Shown piece after piece: positions 28,801 through 35,608 of a stretch of DNA of 35,608 nucleotides. Positions within the stretch are counted from its first letter, which is position 1; each line of letters begins with the position of its first letter. Source of the DNA: a candidate division FCPU426 bacterium (lineage in GTDB: Bacteria > Oederibacteriota > JAAXVQ01 > JAUVAV01). The notes under the pieces were generated by a model that did no database searches, was not told the DNA's origin, and worked only from the letters and a program-made list of their open reading frames with translations. The stretch spans positions 1 to 35,608 of the forward strand of contig DAOWGI010000080.1 in the NCBI GenBank assembly GCA_030637655.1. Direction: 5' to 3'. A program made the position numbers and the translations under genes.

Positions 28801-31800
28801 TATTGATATTCCGCTTGTCTCCTTTGAAAAGGATGCGGCCAAGGAAAGTGGGGATTGTTTGCACCATGATGGGAGGCTTGGACGGCGTTGGTTTGGAACT
28901 GGAAAAAATAACACATGTTTTGCGCCGTGCCGGTCATGAAGTGGTGGGCCTGTCAGCCAGAGGCTCGGCCTTTAATACGTTCACCGAATTTGTGCCCAAT
29001 GCCGCCTCTGATAATGTGGTCAATCAATTCATTTTAGCGCAGGCTTTGCCGGATTTTCCGCCTGAGAAAAAGTTTAAGTATTTGAGGGAAGCCTGGGAAA
29101 AGAAAAAAACAGACCCTGATTTTGATACCGCGCAATACATCCGGCAGTTTATACCCGGTCATGAACTCTTGTCCAAAGATAATGTGGAAGCAGCCGAAGT
29201 CTTGTTGGAACGCGAGAGCGAGCGCATCAAGCAAAAGATCTTGGAAATCACGGATCAACATGGCTTGGATAGCCTGGTCTTGGAGAACACCAATACCATG
29301 CCGTCACAATTTCCCTTGGCCTTGGCCATCCGGAAAGCCGCCGAGGAAAGACCGGATATCCACTTTATTAATCACAATCATAATTTTTATATGGAACGGC
29401 GCTGGGCTAAAAAACGGGCGCCGTTTATCCAGCCTTATTTGGATAGCTGCTTCCCCCTGGAATTGCCGAATGTGACCAACAATGTGATTAGCAGTTTTGC
29501 GACCAGTTTACTGCACAGTCATTGCGGCATGAAAGCATTTAAAATCTGGCCCAATGTCATGGACTATAAAAAGAAACCACATAAAGTGTCCAAAGCGTTT
29601 GTGAGGGATTTTTCCTATCGTTTGGGATTACGTCAGGACGATATTCCGGTGGTACTGCCGGTCCGGATTGTGGAGCGCAAAAGTATTGAGATTGCCGTGC
29701 AAATGATCAAAGCCATGCGCGACAAACGCTACAAATTGATCATTACGGGTTTTGAAATTGATACTGATCAGCGCTACAAACAATCGGTCAAAGATTTCAT
29801 TGCCGAGCTGGGCGTGGAAGATCAGGTTATTTTTATGGAAGATCAGGAAAAAGCGAGTATGGGCACAGCGGCCGGCATGGCCGGTGAGAAACGCCAGGTC
29901 ACTTTGGATGAGATTTATGGATTTACCAAGGCGCGCGGCGGTTTTGCGGTATATCCCAGTACCAAAGAAGGTTTTGGCAATGCTTTGCTGGAAATGGTGC
30001 ATGCGGAACTGCCGGTGGTGCTGTTTCCCTATATGGTCTATCAAATGGATATCCAGCCCAAAGGCTTTGATTTTATCCATTTTCCGTACATACCTGATTC
30101 TGATCAAATATCTTCCCAGGATTTGCAAGTGGCTTTACGTGAAGGGAACCTGCAAAAAGCCATGGACCGGGTGGCTGCTCAAATCAAGCAGCGTTTTTCC
30201 AATCCCCAGGAAGTGCGACGCATGGTACATAAGAATCGCATGATTGCTGCGCGCGAGTATTCCTATGAGACCTTGGATGCCTTGTTGGCTGAATCAATGC
30301 AGTTAATGCCGGCCCGAAAAATAAGCGAACATCGCCAGGTGGTCCGCTTAAGTGATCAACCTGGTTTTGTGCCTTTGATGCCATACGGTAAATACCTGGC
30401 CGCACCAGTGCAGCAAATCCCCGAATTGCTCAGATCTAAAGAAGAACACCGGGTCGTAAAGGGTAATATCAGTATTGATATTCAGCAAAACGAGTTGGCG
30501 CCCATTCAAATGGCCACTTATGTCTCGCAACTGCTGGAGATGCTGCGGAATTCGAACAAACGTATTGCCCGGGCAGCCTGGCAGACTTTGGACAGTGTGC
30601 GACGTAACTTACATAATGCCTTGAAAGTCAAAGAACAACTTATTAAATATCAGGATCTGAATCAGCTTCGAGTCAAAACCGCACCAGGTCGCTTGACCCG
30701 GATACATGAATTTTTAACGGATTTTCCGGACACCCGGGCTTTGCTGGAAAGGGGCGCAGTTATCAATGATATTGGTATGGGCAGACCGCATCCGGTCAAT
30801 CCCGCAGAATTGGCTGTGGCCATGCGCAGAATAAATCCGGACAACCAGGTGGTGGGCGCGGATATTTTGATTCCCAAATATGTCATGCAAGACACCTTGT
30901 TCAATAAATTTGCTTACTTTGATGAACAGGGAAATGTGGTGGATGTGTATGATTACCAAGGCATGCCTATTACCACTGAAGAGGAAAAAAGAAAATTTCA
31001 GGAATATTTTGGAAAATACCAACGCGGTGAGATTGCGGCAGACAATAAACGACACCCCGTTCAAACAGATCCTTACCGCAGTTACGCGCATCTCTACGGC
31101 TTTGATATGAAATTGGCCTCTTATGGTGAGGGAATTCAAGCGGATATCAAGACCTGCTTTATTGCGGATTATATGTATCCCGGCAAGAAACCGCTACTAA
31201 TCCGGCAGATGGCCAGAGATTTAAAACCCAAGGGATTCTTGTTGGTGGGCAATTCCCCCTCCAATTACTTTGGGGCCAATGCCTTTGTTTTGTATCAAAA
31301 GAAACAGGGTCAGGTTCTCGCTCCGGGTATCTTTTTATTGATCAATGGCAATCAATACGAGTTCCCGTTGCAAGGCGGAAATCAGAGTGTGGAACAGGCT
31401 GAAGAACTCTTCCGGGAAATTTGGGAACAAGAAGATCCGGAAGCAGCAGCCGAAGAAAGCACATTGTTAACGCGTTATGGTCTGATACCGGAGGATGTGA
31501 AAGTTACCCGCTTGGCACCACGCCAAAAAATCATGCTGCAACCCAGCCGGAAATATATGTTTGCTCCGGGAATTAAAACCGGCCAACAGCAGCTGCTTAT
31601 ACGTTTAATTGAGAAGGATCGCATTCTACAACGTGCCATAGAAAAATCTTTAGGTGCGAACCAACAAATCAGCCAGACCGGGCCGGCTGTGGCTGTGGCC
31701 TTTTGCGGGAAGGGCACGTTTAAACATACCTATCGCGTGCAAGTGCCGGTTACGCTTTCTGACGGGATTCGATTTACGGCCGATGTGGCAGTAAAAATAC

Positions 31801-34190
31801 CGCGGCCTGTGATTGGCTTGCTTGCTTTGCGCCAACCCAAAATATGGCAAGCCTGGTTGCGCGGACATCCGAATCTGGCAGAACATCATTTAGTGCACAA
31901 AGGTATTATTGTTGAGGATTATATACGCGGCACGCGCTTTGACAACTATCAACCGCATGATTTGATTAATGGTGTGCCGGCCAATCGTCTGGCAATAAGC
32001 ACCTATATGTATATTTTGGAATATCTAAAACAAAAGAGCGGTACCTGCCACTGGTTTATTTTTAATCCCAAACCGGAAAACATCATCCAACCGCAGAATG
32101 TGACCGAAGCGCCAAAATTGATTGATCGTGATGGTTTGGTCGCTACAGTCTTTCCCGCGACCCCCTATACCTGTTTGGTTTATTTTGCGTCCTTTTACGG
32201 CCAGCGCCGTTTGCGGATTACACGCTTTTTCTTTGGTGTGTTTGCGCCGTTGATTTTACTTTTCACACCCATCTTTGCTTATGTGGTCCGTCCGGACCGG
32301 GCGTTTTTTGACGGTATCCTGGATGCTTTGGGACCGGTGGAAGGCCGTCGGTATCTGGAAAAAGCCCGTAATAGCTTGGGCAATTTAATCAGCTTTGGCA
32401 GTTTGTTCCGACGTGCGCTGGCTCAATATCTGGATGGAGAGGTTGATGATTACATTGCGCCGGAAAAACTGCGGGTGGTCAAACGGAAAACCAGAACTGT
32501 CGAGACTCCGGCTCCGAAAGCAGGGGAGCAAGGACGAATGGGTCGCTGGCCTTGGATGCAAGGTATGTACGATAGGATAGAAACCGCGGTTCTTGGCAAA
32601 GCAGCCAAACCCAATGCCTTCCGTCGAGGTCTTGGCTGGTTTACAGGACAAGTGATTGCTCCTATGTTGGTTGAATCCGGGTTGTTTGTCGGTGTGTTCA
32701 CACTAGGCGGGCAATTCTTGTTATCTTGGGCTTTTGGCCTGCCATTTGCTTTAAGGCCTCCGTTTTGGGTGCTCTTTGGTGTGTTCCAATTGGCGTGGCA
32801 TGGTTTGCATCTGCCGGTTACAGAAGGCGGTTTGACCACACGCGAATTCTTGCGCGAGTGGGTACGTTCTGCTTTCACACCGGCTATTTTGGAAATTACC
32901 GGGCTCACTACCGCTGCGCTTATTGGTGTGCAAATACTCTCCAATCCCGGTGGTTTGTTGTTTGCCGCGATCTTCCTGCCCATCCTGCTGAGTGCCCACC
33001 TGATCGTAAACCTGCAAGGCAAATTGCATGAATATTGGCATGCAATACTCGAACCGGCTCCAGAGCAAGAATTGGCCCGTACAATGCGGATTCAGGAAAT
33101 CATGAAAACCATGGATTCCACCCAACGTTTGTTGCCTGCAGGCATTCGTCCGAATCAGGCTTTGCGTACGCAATTGTCTGTGCCTCAGAGAGTTGTCACG
33201 AGTAGTATGCAAGCGCTCCTGTACCTCACAGACAGGCAACTGGCCGGCCGCTGGCGTACACGTCTGCCGGTTGATGGCATGGTGAGTGTCTTACGCGTGA
33301 TCATCATTTTGGCCATGCTGCCGCTGGCATTCTGGTTTAACCGCAAACCCGCTATAGCAGCAGCCATGAGTGAGGAGCAAGTACAACAAATCGTACGGGA
33401 CGTTCATCCGGATGCAACGGCCATGGAATTATTTGTGCAGCAAGGTGCCGGTGATGCTTTGCAACCTAATATAGAAGTGAAATCTTTATCAGAATTTAAG
33501 GGATCATTCTTCCAGCGTATGCGTTCACTACTGGGTAGGAGTGAAACTAACGTACAAGGCAATCCGGTGATTTATGTGCCCACAGGCTTGCTGTATCAGA
33601 CCAGTCCGTTTCAAGGTTTCTTCCTGCGTTTGATTATGGAGTACCAGATCAAACGCTTCTATGCGCAGAATCGCCTGAATTTTATTCGCGCAGGAATTGG
33701 TATCCAGGCTAGTTTGGCAGCGCGTATTACCAATGGTGTTGGTTTGATTACTAAGCCAGGCGAACATATTGGCCTATTGTTGGCAGAGCGGAATTCCGGG
33801 TTGGCGCTTCACTTGAGTGGTGCAGTGAGCTCGCGTGTGACTGCTGCATATCAGACCTGGCTGGAGAATCCAAATGCAGACAATAGTGCTGCTTGGCTGA
33901 ATACAATGATAGATCTGATCCGCTCACAGCGGGATATGCAGAATATGGAAGCCTCGTTGTATACCTTGAGTGAACTCAGCCGGAGAATACCCATGCTAAA
34001 TGGCAGAAAAATCGGCAAATGGACGCAAAGCGGACAGACTGCGGCTCTGCCGGGAATGCTGTGGGAACCGAAAAATCGTTTAAAACTAAAGATGTTATTG
34101 AACCGGTTGAATCGCATGCCACTGCAATTGGAGCAAAAATGGTTGCCGCCCATACGTCGTCCGAGAAGGTTTCCGGGCCAAGCAGCCTAA
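25896..34190 (+). CDS. Giant multidomain exported/membrane protein (TIKI/ChaN-like, zincin-like, GT4, SAM-MTase, kinase-like, CPBP-like domains)
   Basis: Uninterrupted 8.3-kb ORF (TTG25893 or ATG25896); signal-peptide-like N-terminus; domain motifs listed in findings. Confidence 0.9.
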   Translation: MQHLKTQKSSQKLLLYSLWQQPGARLCIRIVSLLITLTFVFPYLTWAFDKQTFLTGLSGILFNQQAVDIPKKLGTITQSFQGKEKMVMHIQDLHCNHEVQMNIARMIDHFSRCFELNLVAVEGADSRVNVSKLSSFPVKSVKEEVGNYFVKQGKVTGAEYITALSQRPLQLVGIENPEYYTASREHVRRFLNDESQGYVFDLRDALQGIKPVIYSQTLSKHDQHRTEFLEGRKSLLTYAVFLYKTGLKSGLDMQTFPQLRRYVSKRMNLFSLEVDSDQLYVEMERLENTLREALYGNDTEQELDALLHRLEVIEKLISISATPEELDEYRKYKTLFRVDHFVEFITRHDQMGEYKTDVEVYRLDSYLREVGAFYRIADARSLAFVENTVQCMQKNKVSLIVLVTGGFHSSVVLEELQKQNISYVSIKPRLTRLDTVNPYFALLRNRTTALEKLLAQNQDILALPTNFSMRTFLNLLDVTLKQGLISNLLQKGIHELDEVQTEFVKMLSKYLDNNTKIALDWENAVASRSRQTYSLPMRNMGFTIVIRRQGRKIPGHTVATWQLNDQFEVAIFDDLTAREMQTAVLTEGTDLLRGETVSLALLNSPLAALIAGSSAAVLLGSKEVATTVQNNLGALSPVQALLTRLANLSNTLQVLSRAFIRELSIAVLSAGALLGKTGEATLDRMLNTAAAALGIVLNPGQAVRQLAQTSPRMMRVVLQNLFRQQLVRSHTLDTSDPTRGPPIRKQLAAYLVKAQQQAEFSLGFLPSINSRELPIEILKREQIPTDVQLDVDIENLGVFHYQGKVYLTEKALRNLNNKEAAAVILHEALENAGFTHDQALRITRQATGFNNNQLVARAGLKTELQLTGGHGWIQRAAQAADTQPLPAAAKTANEISFNMIIGEVLAHALDFLAMPVALVRQSKAGIMLINLLFFIVVLAVVAAYFAVLNVPIELAAAAFIMLFVFLNVLLIFRLSPLKRMRPRKVGIVCTMMGGLDGVGLELEKITHVLRRAGHEVVGLSARGSAFNTFTEFVPNAASDNVVNQFILAQALPDFPPEKKFKYLREAWEKKKTDPDFDTAQYIRQFIPGHELLSKDNVEAAEVLLERESERIKQKILEITDQHGLDSLVLENTNTMPSQFPLALAIRKAAEERPDIHFINHNHNFYMERRWAKKRAPFIQPYLDSCFPLELPNVTNNVISSFATSLLHSHCGMKAFKIWPNVMDYKKKPHKVSKAFVRDFSYRLGLRQDDIPVVLPVRIVERKSIEIAVQMIKAMRDKRYKLIITGFEIDTDQRYKQSVKDFIAELGVEDQVIFMEDQEKASMGTAAGMAGEKRQVTLDEIYGFTKARGGFAVYPSTKEGFGNALLEMVHAELPVVLFPYMVYQMDIQPKGFDFIHFPYIPDSDQISSQDLQVALREGNLQKAMDRVAAQIKQRFSNPQEVRRMVHKNRMIAAREYSYETLDALLAESMQLMPARKISEHRQVVRLSDQPGFVPLMPYGKYLAAPVQQIPELLRSKEEHRVVKGNISIDIQQNELAPIQMATYVSQLLEMLRNSNKRIARAAWQTLDSVRRNLHNALKVKEQLIKYQDLNQLRVKTAPGRLTRIHEFLTDFPDTRALLERGAVINDIGMGRPHPVNPAELAVAMRRINPDNQVVGADILIPKYVMQDTLFNKFAYFDEQGNVVDVYDYQGMPITTEEEKRKFQEYFGKYQRGEIAADNKRHPVQTDPYRSYAHLYGFDMKLASYGEGIQADIKTCFIADYMYPGKKPLLIRQMARDLKPKGFLLVGNSPSNYFGANAFVLYQKKQGQVLAPGIFLLINGNQYEFPLQGGNQSVEQAEELFREIWEQEDPEAAAEESTLLTRYGLIPEDVKVTRLAPRQKIMLQPSRKYMFAPGIKTGQQQLLIRLIEKDRILQRAIEKSLGANQQISQTGPAVAVAFCGKGTFKHTYRVQVPVTLSDGIRFTADVAVKIPRPVIGLLALRQPKIWQAWLRGHPNLAEHHLVHKGIIVEDYIRGTRFDNYQPHDLINGVPANRLAISTYMYILEYLKQKSGTCHWFIFNPKPENIIQPQNVTEAPKLIDRDGLVATVFPATPYTCLVYFASFYGQRRLRITRFFFGVFAPLILLFTPIFAYVVRPDRAFFDGILDALGPVEGRRYLEKARNSLGNLISFGSLFRRALAQYLDGEVDDYIAPEKLRVVKRKTRTVETPAPKAGEQGRMGRWPWMQGMYDRIETAVLGKAAKPNAFRRGLGWFTGQVIAPMLVESGLFVGVFTLGGQFLLSWAFGLPFALRPPFWVLFGVFQLAWHGLHLPVTEGGLTTREFLREWVRSAFTPAILEITGLTTAALIGVQILSNPGGLLFAAIFLPILLSAHLIVNLQGKLHEYWHAILEPAPEQELARTMRIQEIMKTMDSTQRLLPAGIRPNQALRTQLSVPQRVVTSSMQALLYLTDRQLAGRWRTRLPVDGMVSVLRVIIILAMLPLAFWFNRKPAIAAAMSEEQVQQIVRDVHPDATAMELFVQQGAGDALQPNIEVKSLSEFKGSFFQRMRSLLGRSETNVQGNPVIYVPTGLLYQTSPFQGFFLRLIMEYQIKRFYAQNRLNFIRAGIGIQASLAARITNGVGLITKPGEHIGLLLAERNSGLALHLSGAVSSRVTAAYQTWLENPNADNSAAWLNTMIDLIRSQRDMQNMEASLYTLSELSRRIPMLNGRKIGKWTQSGQTAALPGMLWEPKNRLKLKMLLNRLNRMPLQLEQKWLPPIRRPRRFPGQAA

Positions 34191-34269
34191 AAAATGTCAT
34201 ATAAATCAAGAAACATGTCAGTTAGTTTCTGTTGCGGAAAGACTATTTTTTAAAAAAGCCTTTTTAGCC

Positions 34270-34332
34270 GTCACCCCGGCTAAAATCATGCCGGGGTGAC
34301 ATATTAATAGAATTTCTGAGACACGATACTAG
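34270..34332. repeat. Short copy of the 14-141 element; may also terminate the giant gene transcript
   Basis: GTCACCCCGGC-TAAAATCAT-GCCGGGGTGAC then GAGACACGATACTAG. Confidence 0.75.
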
Positions 34333-34521
34333 GAGCCTGAGCAATTTTGCTTATTTTTTTGCAAAAGAATTTAATAGCCTTATTTCAGGATATTTATGTG
34401 AATCTGCATTTGCAACATCTGTTAATAATTTTTCATACCCTTTCAATAGCCGCCTCCGGAATGGGTGGCGATTTGCAGCGGATTTTCCAATTGATTAACT
34501 TTTCCGCTCATCAACATACTT

Positions 34522-34547
34522 GAAGCTGCGGGGAATTCGCGGCTACG
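34522..34547 (-). repeat. Degenerate GTAG REP
   Basis: Minus strand GTAGCCGCGAATTCCCCGCAGCTTC hairpin. Confidence 0.5.
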
Positions 34548-34563
34548 TAATTAAAATATCCTC

Positions 34564-35290
34564 CTATAGCATAGGAAAACGCGCGGCCAAATAGAGTGGA
34601 TAGCGATGTACTTTATGGACTAAATCAATATTTATATTATTAGCGCTAAAAATAGTTCGGTACGAAGGATGGTATTTTTGCGCAAATATTTTCAGACTTT
34701 TGGATTGAGTTGTCCAGCCGGACTTTACTTCGATAGGCAAAACATTTCCATCTGCTTCTTTTACAAATTCGACCTCCGCGGTACTTTCCCTCCAAGCGAA
34801 TAATTCCTGGCTGCCGGCAGCCACAAACTCTTGGGCTACATAATTTTCGGCAAAATATCCTTTATAAGTGCCATAAGTATAATCCCAAATAAGCTTGGGG
34901 GCAAATGGCTTAAAGCGCCCAAAATACCAATATCAAATAAATAAAGTTTAAAATTATTTTCAGATTGATAGGCTGAAAAAGGAAGCTCACCCCTGTTTAT
35001 AATATATGTCCTTAAAATAAGCCCCGCCGTATTTAGCCAATCAATCCCGCCGATTAATTTCGAAAAACGGCCGCCTTGAGAGATAACCTCTTTAAATCTA
35101 AATTTTGGAGCAGAGCCATCTTGCGTCTTGGCTAATTGCGCCGGAATGCTGCGCCATAACCGTTCCACCTGCATGGCATTTTGTTTGACGGAATGCTTGG
35201 AAATATCAGCAAAATACGCTGAAAGCAAATCATTCTGCTTTTTTCTGACCTCGACGAGTGTGGTAAAAAGATCATTTTTCTTTTCATAAT
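34564..35290 (-). pseudogene. Truncated, frameshifted AAA+ ATPase / DUF4143 protein
   Basis: YFADISKH, SIPAQLAK..KF, FKLYLFDIGIL, then frameshift near 34897 into KGYFAENYVAQE...AEVEFV...PIEVKSG...SL; no ATPase N-terminus upstream. Confidence 0.85.
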
Positions 35291-35608
35291 GAAAAATATG
35301 GCAACAACTATAACATTAAGTTCAAGGACTTTATGACTATCTTATACATTTTGTGGTACCACTTATTGCGAAGTTTCCATTTTCAGTACCTTAACACAGA
35401 TACTGCGTCAAGTCGTCTTATGACCTCTACAGCCAAAATTTTTGTCATTGATGGCCTGCTGTAATCCATCAGTTAGAAGCTGTGAAATAATTGATTCATA
35501 AAATGCCGTTATTATTTTCAAGGCATTTTTTTCTTCTTTCTTTACATCAAGAAACACATCCTCTCAGATTACTCCCTGAATTTGGTTTTTTCTGGAGAAT
35601 TGTTCCAA

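Noticed and set aside
33450-33680. Second zincin module in the giant protein (PVIYVPTGLL...LIMEYQI)
   Set aside because: Strand pattern is suggestive but there is no HExxH/E motif
26076-34209. Nested ORFs or an immunity gene for the giant protein
   Set aside because: Internal ORFs look like shadows, and no intact small gene follows the stop, so a classic toxin-immunity pair is unsupported
35291-35608. Coding remnant at the window end
   Set aside because: Minus-strand frames are broken by stops and show no recognisable motif

Overview
Bacterial chromosomal window, nearly all on the + strand. Bases 1-23.9 kb are housekeeping: der-plsY-gpsA-ihfA/HU-MerR regulator-2x tRNA-Pro, a probable outer-membrane protein, acyP, an RpoS-like sigma factor, apt, tRNA-Arg, PHP and TPR proteins, tRNA-Ala, an amidohydrolase, a cNMP-binding protein, and ilvD-ilvB-ilvN-ilvC-(pssA-like)-leuA-leuC-leuD-leuB-asd-truA. 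Intergenic gaps are crowded with GTAG-type REP palindromes, tandem repeats and nested inverted-repeat elements. Bases 24.4-34.2 kb hold the best candidate for a new system: a HxHxQ nucleotide-sugar/Ap4A phosphorylase-like gene followed by a 2765-aa giant protein. By motif reading it has a signal peptide, a TIKI/TraB/EreA/ChaN-like domain, an RGPP (arrest-like) motif, a zincin-like HExxE module, an MggS-like GT4 glycosyltransferase, a class I SAM methyltransferase, a kinase-fold domain, a degenerate CPBP-like intramembrane protease and several TM segments, suggesting an exported multi-effector protein. The window ends in a frameshifted, truncated AAA/DUF4143 pseudogene. Other oddities: AT-hook/acidic (HMGA-like) N-terminus on the sigma factor, a PssA homolog lacking its catalytic motif, and a 21-bp micro-insertion present in two unrelated repeat arms. 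All domain calls are by-eye motif recognition; no searches were run.
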